Assembly (NCBI GenBank): GCA_044344255.1
Contig: JBIJDH010000012.1
Coordinates: forward strand, 64,001 to 128,000
From: Myxococcota bacterium
GTDB lineage: Bacteria > Myxococcota_A > UBA796 > UBA2385
Direction of reading: 5' to 3'
DNA length: 64,000 nt
Below are positions 1 to 9,317 of this stretch, piece after piece. Numbering within the stretch: position 1 is the stretch's first letter; each line of letters opens with the position of its first letter. Both the position numbers and the translations under genes were made by a program. A model generated the notes under the pieces. It was not told the DNA's origin. It made no database searches and saw only the letters and a list, made by a program, of their open reading frames with translations.

Positions 1-1310
1 CCTACATGCCCCCCGAGCAGCGCATCGACGCGCGCAGCGTCGGCCCCGGCGCCGACATCTACGCCGTGGGCACGACCTTCTACGCGCTGCTCACCAATGA
101 GAACCCGGTCGATCTCTTCGCTGCGCTGGAGGGCTCCCCCCGATGGGAGGCCGTGCCGCCGCAGCTGCGCTCCACCGTCCTCCGCGCCACCCGCCTGCTC
201 CCCGCCGACCGTTTCTCGAGCGCGCAGGAGATGGCCCTGGACCTCATCCGTCTGCTCCGAGAGGCGGGCGGGGAGCTCGCCGCCCTCGCCAGCGAGACGG
301 ACTCCACCCTCCGCGCGCAAGGCGCCGCCTTCGAGGCCGCCGCCGCCTTCGGCGCACGAGGGAGCCCCTCGGTGAGCCGCGAGAGGACCGGCGACGGCCC
401 CTCGAGCGCCTCCAATCCCCGGCCGCCCGCTCCGCCGCGACCGCGGGTGGGCGGCCCGGAGGGCATCGTCGCGACCTTGGTGCCGAAGGCGGAGCCCCCG
501 CCCGCCGCGCTCCGGTCATCGCCCCCCCGCGCGAGCGCCCACCGGCGCGTCGCCGGGGTCTCCCTCCCGCCGGCGGAGACGCTGCCGCCGGTCTTCGTGA
601 GCGCCCTCCCGACGGACGAAGGGGAGCCCGCCCTCACGTCGTCCCTCACCTCCTCCGCGGACACATTCCCCGCCCCCCCGCCGCGGCGACGCGTGGCGGG
701 GAGCCTCGCGCTCGGCGTCACCCTGCTCGTCGGGCTCGCGACCGGCCTCACCCTCGCTCTCCGAAGCCCGGACGAGCCGGGTGGCGGCGCAGACGGGTCG
801 GCGACGCTCGCCGCGCCCTCCGCTCGGTCGTCGCCCCCCGCCGCCGCCGCGGCTCCGGCCCCCGCCCCGGCCCCTGAGCCGCCGCCCACCTCGGTCCCGG
901 AAGCGTCCACCCCCGAGGCCCGCGCCGCGGACCGGCCGCCCCGCGGCACGACGAAGGCCCCCGCGAGCCGGGCCGCCGAGAGCGCGGCGACCGCCGATCC
1001 CGCGGCCGCGCCGATCGGCAAGTGGACGGGCTCCTTCGGTGGCCGGCAGGCGGATCTGCAGCTCCGGGGCACCGCCTCGACGCTGCGGGGCACGATGACC
1101 GTGCGCTTCCAACAGAACGCGGTCCGCACCAGCGTAGAAGGCAGCTGGGACGCAGCGACCCGCACCCTCCGGCTCACGGACGTCGAGCAGACGGAGGACG
1201 CGGGCACCTACACCGCCACCCGCTCCGCCGACTCCGGCCAGCTCAGCGGCCGCTTCGACGGCGCCCGGAACGGTCGTCGGGTCAGCTTCAGCCTCCGCCG
1301 AGCACCATGA
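1..1310 (+). CDS. Ser/Thr protein kinase (Hanks/Pkn type), 5'-truncated by the window; Pro/Ala linker, one TM helix and a C-terminal extracytoplasmic beta domain
   Basis: Subdomain VIII/IX motifs YMPPEQ and ADIYAVG at the window start, XI-like ADRF; TM segment LALGVTLLVGLATGLTLAL. Confidence 0.9.
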   Translation, partial: YMPPEQRIDARSVGPGADIYAVGTTFYALLTNENPVDLFAALEGSPRWEAVPPQLRSTVLRATRLLPADRFSSAQEMALDLIRLLREAGGELAALASETDSTLRAQGAAFEAAAAFGARGSPSVSRERTGDGPSSASNPRPPAPPRPRVGGPEGIVATLVPKAEPPPAALRSSPPRASAHRRVAGVSLPPAETLPPVFVSALPTDEGEPALTSSLTSSADTFPAPPPRRRVAGSLALGVTLLVGLATGLTLALRSPDEPGGGADGSATLAAPSARSSPPAAAAAPAPAPAPEPPPTSVPEASTPEARAADRPPRGTTKAPASRAAESAATADPAAAPIGKWTGSFGGRQADLQLRGTASTLRGTMTVRFQQNAVRTSVEGSWDAATRTLRLTDVEQTEDAGTYTATRSADSGQLSGRFDGARNGRRVSFSLRRAP

Positions 1311-2551
1311 TCTGGGTCCTCTGCACCTCGCTCGCCCTCGCCGCCCCCTCGATGGGCGTGGGCGTCTCCCCCACGCTCGAACCGAGCTCCGGCTGGGGCG
1401 TCGCCGGGCTCGTGCGCGGAGAGCGGCCCCTCTTTGGGGCTCGGCTCCACCTCGTCGCCGAGGGCCTGCTCGGCAGCGAGCCGGGCGACCACCGCCACGT
1501 CGGCCTCGGGGCGGGCCTCGCCTACCCGCTGTGGGCGCGCGCCGAGGGCCCCACCCTCGCCCTGCAGGGCACCGGCGGCGTCGGGTGGAGCGACGGAGCG
1601 CGCCCGGAGGCCCACCTCCGGCTCTTCCTCGACGAGGCCCCGCGGCAGCGCGTCACGGGTCGGGCGGGGCTCGGCCTCGGGTGGAGCCCAGGCGCTCCGG
1701 CGGCGGTCGCCGAGCTCGGCCTGCGCTGGGGTCGCGCCGCCTCGGCGCCGGGCCGCGCCGCTCATCGGGAGGAGGCCCCCTCTAGCCCCGCGGTGCCCGT
1801 CTCCGCCGCCGCGCCCCCCTCGCCCCTCCCGCTTGCATTGCAGGGCACCCCCGAGGGGTCGCGGGTCTGGGTGCCGCACCCGGTCTGCGCCTGGGTGCCC
1901 GCCTCGGAGGCGGCCGACCTGCTCGCTCCGCTTCCGCCGAACACGCGGGTGGAGGTGCACGCACCCGGCGCGCTCCCCGCCACGGTGTCCCTCTCCGCCA
2001 CCGAGCCGCTCTCGCTCCTCCCCGCGCCGCGCCAAGGCGGGCTGGTGGTCTCTGTGTCCCCCGGAGACCGCCTCCGCGTGGAGGGCGGCGAGGTGCCTGT
2101 GACCGCCGATGGAGTCGCGGTCCTCAACGTCCGAGAGGGGCCGGTGCACATCGAGGTGGAGCAGATCTCCGGCACCACGGCGCTCGAGGGGGCGGTCGCC
2201 GCGGGTCACACCCTCTGGCTGCAGGCCCCTCCACCCACGGCGCTCATCCTCCGCTTCGCCGCCGGCTCCAATTTGCCCGATGACGCCGCGGTCTCCGCGC
2301 TGACCGCGCTCCCCCTCGATCGGTACGCCTGGTCGGTCCAGGGCAGCTACTCTCCCGAGGGCGACCCGACCGCGAACCTGAGCCTCGCCAAGACCCGCGC
2401 CGCCGCCGCCGTCGCCCTCCTCCGCGCCGCTGGCGTGCCCGAGTCGCAGATCGACCTCCTGCCGCCGGGCCCGCCGCCGGAGGGCACCGACTACCGCGAC
2501 CTGCGCGCCGCGCGCCTGACGCCCCGGACCCGGCCCCGGGCGACCCGATGA
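1307..2551 (+). CDS. Secreted protein with C-terminal OmpA-like peptidoglycan-binding domain
   Basis: ATG at 1307 overlaps the kinase stop (ATGA); signal peptide MIWVLCTSLALAA; C-terminal GSYSPEGDPTANLSLAKTRAAAAVALLRAAGV resembles OmpA_C. Confidence 0.65.
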   Translation: MIWVLCTSLALAAPSMGVGVSPTLEPSSGWGVAGLVRGERPLFGARLHLVAEGLLGSEPGDHRHVGLGAGLAYPLWARAEGPTLALQGTGGVGWSDGARPEAHLRLFLDEAPRQRVTGRAGLGLGWSPGAPAAVAELGLRWGRAASAPGRAAHREEAPSSPAVPVSAAAPPSPLPLALQGTPEGSRVWVPHPVCAWVPASEAADLLAPLPPNTRVEVHAPGALPATVSLSATEPLSLLPAPRQGGLVVSVSPGDRLRVEGGEVPVTADGVAVLNVREGPVHIEVEQISGTTALEGAVAAGHTLWLQAPPPTALILRFAAGSNLPDDAAVSALTALPLDRYAWSVQGSYSPEGDPTANLSLAKTRAAAAVALLRAAGVPESQIDLLPPGPPPEGTDYRDLRAARLTPRTRPRATR

Positions 2552-3585
2552 TGCGCAGGATCCACCCCCTCCTCCTATGGCTCCCCCTGTGCTTCGCGCT
2601 CAGCGCGCGGCCCGCCGCCGCCCACGAACACCGCGTGGTCCGCCCGGGAGAGACCCTCGAGGCCATCGCCGCCACCCTGGGCGTGAGCGCCGCCGAGCTG
2701 GCCAACGCCAACGCCCTCGGCCCCGGCGAGCAGCCCGCGACCGGCGCGGTGCTCTTCGTGCCCACGGAGGAGGACCGAGGGGCGGGCGGTATGCTGCTCG
2801 CCCTCCACGGCACCGGCACGGCGCGCAGCCCGGGCGAGGCCCCTGTCCCCCTCGCGCCCGGCATCGGGCTCCGATCGGGGATGACCGTCTGCACAGACGA
2901 TCACAGCTACGCGACGGTGCGGCTGTCCACGCGCGACCGCACCTGGGCCCACGACGACGTCTCCCTGCTCTCGGGCACCTGCCTCACGCTGGACGACCTC
3001 GCCATCTCCCCGGAGCGCCGCTCATCCTTGCTCTCGGTGGCCTCGGGGAGCGTGGCGGTGCGCGCGGCGAGTCAAGGGACGAACGCCGTGATCGTCCGCA
3101 CGAGCTCTGGCGTCACCACCGGCGTCGGCGGCGGCTTCCGAGTCACCGTCGAACAGGGGGCCTCTCGCACCGAGGCGATCGAGCGCAGCGTCTCCGTGCA
3201 GAGCGGCGGATCCGCGGTCGACCTCCCCGCCGGCTACGGGAGTCGGCTCCGCGCCGGGGCCGCGCCGACGCCCCCGGTCCTGCTGCTGCGCCCCGGTCAG
3301 CCGATGCGACCTCGAGAGGGGGAGGAGCTCCGTCGGCCCGAATTCACCTGGATGCCGGTCGACCGCGCCCTCGGCTACCGCATCGAGGTGGCGGTGCGCG
3401 CCGACTTCAGCGACATCGCCCTGGTCGAGGACGTCGACGAAGCCCGCTGGGCCCCCGATACGCTCTTCCTCCCGACCGCCACCGAGGGCCTCTGGTGGCG
3501 GATCAGCGCCTTCGACCGCACCGGCTTTCAGGGGGTGGCCTCATCCCCTCGCGAAGCCCTCCTACCCCCAGGCATCCACCGCTGA
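2548..3585 (+). CDS. LysM plus FecR-like domain secreted protein
   Basis: Signal peptide; LysM HRVVRPGETLEAIAATLGVSAAELANAN; FecR-like GGGFRVTV...TEAIERSVSV; C-terminal Fn3/Ig-like segment; ATGA overlap. Confidence 0.75.
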   Translation: MMRRIHPLLLWLPLCFALSARPAAAHEHRVVRPGETLEAIAATLGVSAAELANANALGPGEQPATGAVLFVPTEEDRGAGGMLLALHGTGTARSPGEAPVPLAPGIGLRSGMTVCTDDHSYATVRLSTRDRTWAHDDVSLLSGTCLTLDDLAISPERRSSLLSVASGSVAVRAASQGTNAVIVRTSSGVTTGVGGGFRVTVEQGASRTEAIERSVSVQSGGSAVDLPAGYGSRLRAGAAPTPPVLLLRPGQPMRPREGEELRRPEFTWMPVDRALGYRIEVAVRADFSDIALVEDVDEARWAPDTLFLPTATEGLWWRISAFDRTGFQGVASSPREALLPPGIHR

Positions 3586-3681
3586 CCCCGGGAGTCGGCC
3601 CCGGATGGCGAGCGCTCCGCTGGACCGGTTAGCAAGGTCGCCGCGGCGGATCTGACGTCCAACGCGACAAGAGGGGGCGGC

Positions 3682-4641
3682 TTGGTTGAGCTGGTCTTGG
3701 AGCGCGCCGGAGAGGCGCTGCACCGTGTCTCGGTGATCGACGGGCACGTCCGAATCGGACGCGCCCCCGGCAATGAGCTCGTGGTGGCCGATCCCACCGT
3801 CTCCAGCCACCACGTCGTGGTCTGGCGCGAGCCCGGCACGCTGTGGGTCAAGGACCTCGGCTCCTCCAACGGCACCTTCATCAACGAGCGGCGCATCAAG
3901 GGCATGGAGCGCCTGCGCGACGCCGACACCCTCCGCCTCGGCCTCACCTGCCGCCTGCGCGTGATGGCCGACGTCCCCGACGTCCACGCCCCGGTCTGCC
4001 GGGTCCTCGAGGTGGAGGACCGCCTCGCGGGCACACGTTTCCCCGTCCGCGCCGAGCGCTTCGTGATCGGCTCCGCCGAGGGCGCCGAGCTCCGCGTCGC
4101 CGAGGGCCCCGCGGTGCTGGCCACCCTGGTGGTTCGCCCCGACGGCGAGGTCCGCATCCTCCGCGATGACAACGATCTGCCACTGCTCATCGGCGAAGAC
4201 GTCGACCTCGGTGGGCGGCTCATCCGCGTGCACGAGGTGGAGGGCCGCCTCGCGCCCACCGTCCAAGAGGCCGAGAACCCCTACCCCTACCGGCTCTCGG
4301 TCACGCTCGAAGGGGCGCTCGGCGCCGAGGCGGTCTTGGAGGAGCTGTCGGGCCCCAAGCTCCGCCGCTTCGACAGCGGCAATCGCGCGGTGCTGCTCTA
4401 CCTCCTCGGCCGCCGCCTCGCCGCCGACCAGTCCGCCCGGGTCGAGGCGGCCGCCTGCGGCTGGTGCCCGGACGACGAGATCATGAGCGGCATCTGGGGC
4501 CGCGCCGGCGACGAGAACAAGCTCAACGTGCTCCTGCACCGCGTTCGAGCCGACCTCCGCGCCGCCGGCTTCGACCCCTGGTTCATCGAGAAGAAGCAGC
4601 GTTACGTACGCGCGCGCCTGCCCGAGGTGAGGCTCCGTTAG
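3682..4641 (+). CDS. FHA-domain protein with probable C-terminal OmpR-type winged helix
   Basis: FHA motifs IGR, VSSHH, DLGSSNGTFIN; C-terminal IWG...KLNVLLHRVRADL resembles Trans_reg_C; TTG start. Confidence 0.8.
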   Translation: MVELVLERAGEALHRVSVIDGHVRIGRAPGNELVVADPTVSSHHVVVWREPGTLWVKDLGSSNGTFINERRIKGMERLRDADTLRLGLTCRLRVMADVPDVHAPVCRVLEVEDRLAGTRFPVRAERFVIGSAEGAELRVAEGPAVLATLVVRPDGEVRILRDDNDLPLLIGEDVDLGGRLIRVHEVEGRLAPTVQEAENPYPYRLSVTLEGALGAEAVLEELSGPKLRRFDSGNRAVLLYLLGRRLAADQSARVEAAACGWCPDDEIMSGIWGRAGDENKLNVLLHRVRADLRAAGFDPWFIEKKQRYVRARLPEVRLR

Positions 4642-5489
4642 CGAGCGCTGGCCCCCGTGGTGCCCGCCCCCGCGGAGCCCGGGGGATCGGCCCGCAGCGC
4701 CTGGAGCAGGGCGCGCGCCGCGAGGGACAGCCGCTCCTCGGGCAGGTGGACCAGCCCGAGCACCCGCGTGATCGGCGTCGCAGGGTGCGCCCGCTCGACG
4801 AGGCGCCCGGCGGCGAGGTCTTCCGCGGCAGAGCGGCGGCTCGTGAGCGAGACCCCCATCCCCTCCCGCAGCATGCCGAGCACCGCCCCGAGGCTGCCGA
4901 GCTCCATCACGATCGGGACGCCGGGGAAGGCCCAGTCGAGGGCCTCGCGCATGGCGGAGCCCTGGGGGAGCGTGATGAAGGGGGCGTCTGCGGGCGCGTC
5001 GGGGGAGGCCACCAGCACGAGCGGGTCCTCCGCCCAGGGCTCCCCCTCCCCTTGGCCGACGCCGATGTCGACCTCGCCGCTCGCCACGGCCTCGGAGACC
5101 GCCGGCGAGAAGAGCTCCTTCACCTTCAGGGTGATGCCGGGGTGGGCGCGCTGAAAGGCGGCGAGGCGCGGGGGCAGGAGCACGCCGCAAGACACCGCGC
5201 CGCCGCCGACGGTGACCTCCCCGCGGCGCAGGCCGCCCACCTCGCCCACCGCCCGCCGCCCGGCCTCGAGGGCGCCGAGCAGCGCCCGGGCGTGCGGCAA
5301 GAGCGCCTCGCCCGCGCTGGTCAGGCGAGCGCCGTGGGCCCCCCGATCGAGGAGGCGGGCCCCCATGTCGGCCTCGAGGCGCTGGATCGCCGCCGACAGG
5401 GAGGGCTGGGCGAGGTGCGCCCGCTTCGCGGCGGCCGTGAAGGAGCCCGTCTCGACGACGAACAAGAAGGCGCGCAGCTCATCCACCAT
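4638..5489 (-). CDS. LysR family transcriptional regulator
   Basis: HTH LRAFLFVVETGSFTAAAKRAHLAQPSLSAAIQRLEADMGARLLDR; start placed at MVDELR (5489). Confidence 0.95.
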   Translation of the reverse strand: MVDELRAFLFVVETGSFTAAAKRAHLAQPSLSAAIQRLEADMGARLLDRGAHGARLTSAGEALLPHARALLGALEAGRRAVGEVGGLRRGEVTVGGGAVSCGVLLPPRLAAFQRAHPGITLKVKELFSPAVSEAVASGEVDIGVGQGEGEPWAEDPLVLVASPDAPADAPFITLPQGSAMREALDWAFPGVPIVMELGSLGAVLGMLREGMGVSLTSRRSAAEDLAAGRLVERAHPATPITRVLGLVHLPEERLSLAARALLQALRADPPGSAGAGTTGASAR

Positions 5490-5536
5490 CGGGGGCTCCT
5501 GCGACCATCGGGGCTCCTGCGACCATCGGGGCTCCC
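5486..5536. repeat. 18-bp tandem repeat (CCATCGGGGCTCCTGCGA, about 2.7 copies) at the LysR start
   Basis: Read directly from the sequence. Confidence 0.85.
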
Positions 5537-5549
5537 CGCGCGGCCGTCC

Positions 5550-5564
5550 ATAGACATCATCTAT
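5550..5564. promoter_or_regulatory. Putative LysR binding box ATAG-N7-CTAT (T-N11-A)
   Basis: Palindrome ATAGACATCATCTAT in the AT-rich gap between divergent LysR and TSUP genes. Confidence 0.7.
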
Positions 5565-5668
5565 TGGCTCCATTCTATCAATCAGTTGGCCTGATGGCCA
5601 GCCCGAGGCGATGAGGAGGGTGCCCCCGCCCAGCCGAAGAGACCGCGGCGGTGGGCCCGAGGTCCCCC

Positions 5669-6376
5669 ATGTCCGAGCTCCTCCAGATTAGCGCCTTCGG
5701 GCTGCTGGCCGGCCTCCTCACCACGGTGGGGGGCCTCGGCGGCGGCACGCTGCTCGTCGCCGCCCTCACCGCCACCACCGACGCCCACACCGCCCTCGCG
5801 GTCTCCGCCCCGGCCCTGCTGGTCGGCAACCTGCACCGGCTCTACATCACGCGCGAGGCCCTGCCCGGCGCCTCCCTCCGCCCGCTCCTCCTCGGCGGCC
5901 TGCTCGGCGCGGTGGCCGGCGGCAGCCTGACCCGCCTCCTCCCCGATGGTGTGCTCCAGCTCTGCATCGTCGGCTCCACGCTCCTCGCCCTGGTCGGCGC
6001 CTTCGTCCGCCTGCCGAGCCCCCCGAACGCCAGCGGCCTGCCCTGGGGCGCCGTCGTCGGGGCCCTCTCGAGCGCCGGGGGCGGCGCCGCCCTGCTGATG
6101 AACCCCTGGCTGCGCGCCCGCGGCCTCCAAGGCGCCGCCTACGTCGCGAGCGCCTCCTCGATGGCCGTGACCCTCCACCTCGGGCGCATCGCCGCCTTCG
6201 GCGTCGGCGGCCTCATCGGCGCCGGCACCCTCGGACAGAGCGCCCTGCTCGCCGTCATGCTGCCCCTCGGCAACCTGCTCGGGATGGCCGTGGTCCCCTC
6301 GCTCAGCGCCGTCGTCGCCAACCGGCTGCAGATCGGCCTGCTCGTGCTCACCGCACTGTTCACGCTCCTCGAATAG
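5669..6376 (+). CDS. TSUP family (TauE/SafE-like) membrane transporter
   Basis: GLLAGLLTTVGGLGGGTLL N-terminal motif, internal repeat GALSSAGGG, multiple TM helices; divergent from LysR. Confidence 0.8.
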   Translation: MSELLQISAFGLLAGLLTTVGGLGGGTLLVAALTATTDAHTALAVSAPALLVGNLHRLYITREALPGASLRPLLLGGLLGAVAGGSLTRLLPDGVLQLCIVGSTLLALVGAFVRLPSPPNASGLPWGAVVGALSSAGGGAALLMNPWLRARGLQGAAYVASASSMAVTLHLGRIAAFGVGGLIGAGTLGQSALLAVMLPLGNLLGMAVVPSLSAVVANRLQIGLLVLTALFTLLE

Positions 6377-6628
6377 ACCGGGCTTGGCGTCGAGCTCGGC
6401 CCTGGGAGACGGCGCCAGGATGGAGCTGGCCCAGCGTGGATCGGCGGTGCCTTCGCGGTAGCTGTCGTTGATCCTTGGGGAGTCGCCTCCAGAGTGATTG
6501 CGAGTTGATCAGCGCTATGCTCCGAGTCCGAATTTGTGATAGCATGCGGACAAGCCACCCGTTCGAGCAGTTTGGACGCAATAGCGGATTACATTACATC
6601 AACTCTCTAAAATCGAGGCGGGCTGATC

Positions 6629-7309
6629 ATGGAGACTTGGCTATTCGGGACACGGTTTCGATCTGCAGTACTGATCGTGGGGTTATCTCCCGCGTGCGCC
6701 AGTAAGGGCGAGGATGAATTCTGGCTGGACTCGGATTTCTGCAACGCAGCGGCGGATAATCCGGAGACAGGGTCTGTCACAACAGGAGAAATTGGAGGAG
6801 ACTATGTTCCATCGAATGCCCATTTTGGATGGGACTATGCGGGTTCGCTGGATTCGGGAGCGGATAAGATAGTTACTCACATTGATTTTTATCTGGACAT
6901 GTCGGATTTTGGATTCGCTACACCTGCCCCGCCGGAGACTTGTGAGCCAATCGAATCCATGGAAGTCAGTTTCTGCGAATCGGAAGAATGTTTTTCATGG
7001 ATGCACGTTATTGCAACCAAAGGTGAACCGATTCCCGTATATGATGACGATGAAGGATGGGATGGTGTAGACATCTTTAATCTTGACAGTGGATCGGCTT
7101 TGGCTACGATTGATTGGAATCCCGGCACGCAGTGCAGCGTGGCTGACGTCCGTCTTTCCCTCACCGACGTTGTGATGTCTTGTGGTTATACCGACCCCGA
7201 TTGCATGGACGACCGTCCGCTGCGCTTCGACTGTGAGCTTGCGTCCTCCCAGATAGACTTCTGGGACCTGCGTGAGCCGGTGGATGGCGGGAGGCAGGCG
7301 GCGCCCTGA
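6629..7309 (+). CDS. Hypothetical acidic Cys-rich lipoprotein, copy 1
   Basis: Lipobox-like LIVGLSPAC; lower GC than flanks; paralog at 8609-9289. Confidence 0.75.
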   Translation: METWLFGTRFRSAVLIVGLSPACASKGEDEFWLDSDFCNAAADNPETGSVTTGEIGGDYVPSNAHFGWDYAGSLDSGADKIVTHIDFYLDMSDFGFATPAPPETCEPIESMEVSFCESEECFSWMHVIATKGEPIPVYDDDEGWDGVDIFNLDSGSALATIDWNPGTQCSVADVRLSLTDVVMSCGYTDPDCMDDRPLRFDCELASSQIDFWDLREPVDGGRQAAP

Positions 7310-7313
7310 GACT

Positions 7314-8545
7314 CGGAGCTATCGCACCTTGACAGGGCAAGAGGTTAGCATAGGTTGTTCTCTTACCGCCAGGCATCTGGCGCGGCCTCGGAGGTCGCCA
7401 TGGCGACGCTGCTGGAGCACTTCGACAACCCGCCAGACCCCCGCGTGGACCGCACCAAGCGACTCCACCTCCGAGACACCCTCGCCCTCACCATCCTGGC
7501 TGTGATCGGCGGCGCAGAGAGCTTCGTAGAGGTCGTTGAGTTCGGCCGAGCGAAGGAGGCTTGGTTCCGCACCTTTCTGGAGCTGCCCCACGGGATTCCG
7601 TCTCACGACACGCTGGAGCGCGTGTTCGCCCGCCTGGACCCGAAGGCGTTTCAAGAGCGGTTCATGGCCTGGGTCGGGTCGATTCGGGAGCAGATCGGCG
7701 GTGACGTCATCTCCATCGATGGCAAGAGCGCGCGCCGCAGCGTGGATGGGGCGCGCGGCCTGGGGCCCATCCACCTGGTTGGCGCCTGGGCCGCTGGCAG
7801 CCGCTTGAAGCTGGGGCAGGTCAAGACCAGCGAGAGGTCGAACGAGATCACGGCCATCCCCGAGCCGCTCGAGCTGCTCGATCTCGGCGGCCGCATCGTG
7901 ACCATCAACACCATGGGCTGCCAGAAGGCCATCGCGGCCAAGATCGTCGAGCGCGGCGGCGACTACGTGCCTGCGCTCACGGACAAGCATCCGACCCGGG
8001 CCGGCCCCATCGAGGACTTCTTCGAAGATGGCACCAACTCCTATTTCGCCGGAATGAGGCCGCACTTCCATGAGGAGTCCACCCAAGAGCACGACCGGAG
8101 CCAAGTTCGGCGGACCCGGACCTCGTCGGACCTTGAGTGCCTGCCAGAGTTCGAGGAGTGGGTCGGGATGAAGAGCCTCATCCGTGTCGAGGCCCGTCGC
8201 CAGGTGCTCGGCAAGCAAGGGTCGCTCTACCGGCGCTACACCATCAGCAGCCCGTCGAGCGCTCCGGCACGACAGGCCACTCGCATCGTCCGAAGCCACT
8301 GGGGCATCGAAAACCGGATGCACGGGGTCCTCCACGTTGGACCTCACGAAGACGACGCCAGGGCCCACCCCGATCACTCCGCCGAGAATTTCGCCACCAT
8401 TCGGCGCTTCGCCCTTAACCTCTTCAAACAGGAGACCTCGCGGAAGGTCGGCGTCAAGCCGAAGAGCATGAGGGCGGGCCGGGACAATGAATACCTGCTC
8501 AAAGTAATCGCCGGATAAATGGGACGTTTAGATACAATCACCCTG
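7314..8545 (+). mobile_element. ISAs1 family insertion sequence, degenerate
   Basis: Transposase inside; imperfect terminal IRs CGGAGCTATCGCACC (7314-7328) and GATACAATCACCCTG (8531-8545) resembling ISAs1 CAGGGC-type ends; left end is tentative. Confidence 0.7.
7400..8518 (+). CDS. ISAs1 family transposase, probably inactive
   Basis: DPRVDRTK, GIPSHDT, ISIDGK, SNEITAIP, MGCQKAIA, RSHWGIEN motifs; SD GGAGG before ATG 7400. Confidence 0.93.
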   Translation: MATLLEHFDNPPDPRVDRTKRLHLRDTLALTILAVIGGAESFVEVVEFGRAKEAWFRTFLELPHGIPSHDTLERVFARLDPKAFQERFMAWVGSIREQIGGDVISIDGKSARRSVDGARGLGPIHLVGAWAAGSRLKLGQVKTSERSNEITAIPEPLELLDLGGRIVTINTMGCQKAIAAKIVERGGDYVPALTDKHPTRAGPIEDFFEDGTNSYFAGMRPHFHEESTQEHDRSQVRRTRTSSDLECLPEFEEWVGMKSLIRVEARRQVLGKQGSLYRRYTISSPSSAPARQATRIVRSHWGIENRMHGVLHVGPHEDDARAHPDHSAENFATIRRFALNLFKQETSRKVGVKPKSMRAGRDNEYLLKVIAG

Positions 8546-8608
8546 GGCAGCATGGGCGCTATGGCGGGTTGCATTACATCAAATCGCTAAAATCGAGGCG
8601 GGCTGATC

Positions 8609-9289
8609 ATGGAAACTATGCAATTCGGGACACGGTTTGGTTCCGCGGTACTGATCGTTGGGCTAATTCCAGCGTGCGGCGGTAAGGACGAAGATGCGTT
8701 TTGGTTGGATTCCGATTTCTGCAACGCAGCGGCGGCCGACCCGTCCGGCGGCAGTGTAACGAGTGGGCTCATAGGAGGTCAAACGGTACCATCCTACGCA
8801 AATATGAGCTGGAACTTCGAGGGCACTCTTGGCTCGGGAGCCGACAGGGTGGTTGCGGAGGTCAATTTCGGCATGGACCTAGGCGCTTTCGGATTTGAGG
8901 AGCCCCTCCCGCCAACGACATGTGAGCCAGTTGACTCGATCGATGTGAGTTTTTGTGATTCAGCCGACTGCGTAGCGCAGATGTATGTGCATGCAACTCA
9001 GGGCGAGCCACTTCCTCGGTATGATGGTGATGAGCGGTGGGATAAAGTGGACACATTCGTTCTTGAAGGAGGGAGCGCCCTCGTCTCGATTGACTGAAAT
9101 CCGGGAACTCAGTGCAGTGTCGGAGACGTCCACATCTCCCTAACCGATGTGAAAATGACCTGTGACGACAACGACTCGGAATGCATGGACGAACGATCGC
9201 TGCAGTTCGATTGTGAGCTTTCTACTCCTCAGTTGGACTTCTGGGACCTGCGTGAGCCGGTGGATGGCGGGAGGCAGGCGGCGCCCTGA
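8609..9289 (+). pseudogene. Lipoprotein paralog copy 2 with in-frame TGA at 9095-9097 (TGG in copy 1)
   Basis: Same 681-bp length as copy 1 and gap-free; the frame resumes NPGTQC... after the stop and ends in the same FWDLREPVDGGRQAAP. Confidence 0.85.
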
Positions 9290-9317
9290 GAGTCGGGTTC
9301 GAAAACGTCGGTGCTTG

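Noticed and set aside
9095..9097. TGA recoding (selenocysteine or alternative genetic code)
   Set aside because: The position aligns to Trp rather than Cys, and TGA is the dominant true stop codon throughout the window
6629..9289. Possible diversity-generating retroelement (TR/VR pair)
   Set aside because: Differences span the whole gene and are not adenine-specific, the 3' end is the invariant part, and no reverse transcriptase is in the window
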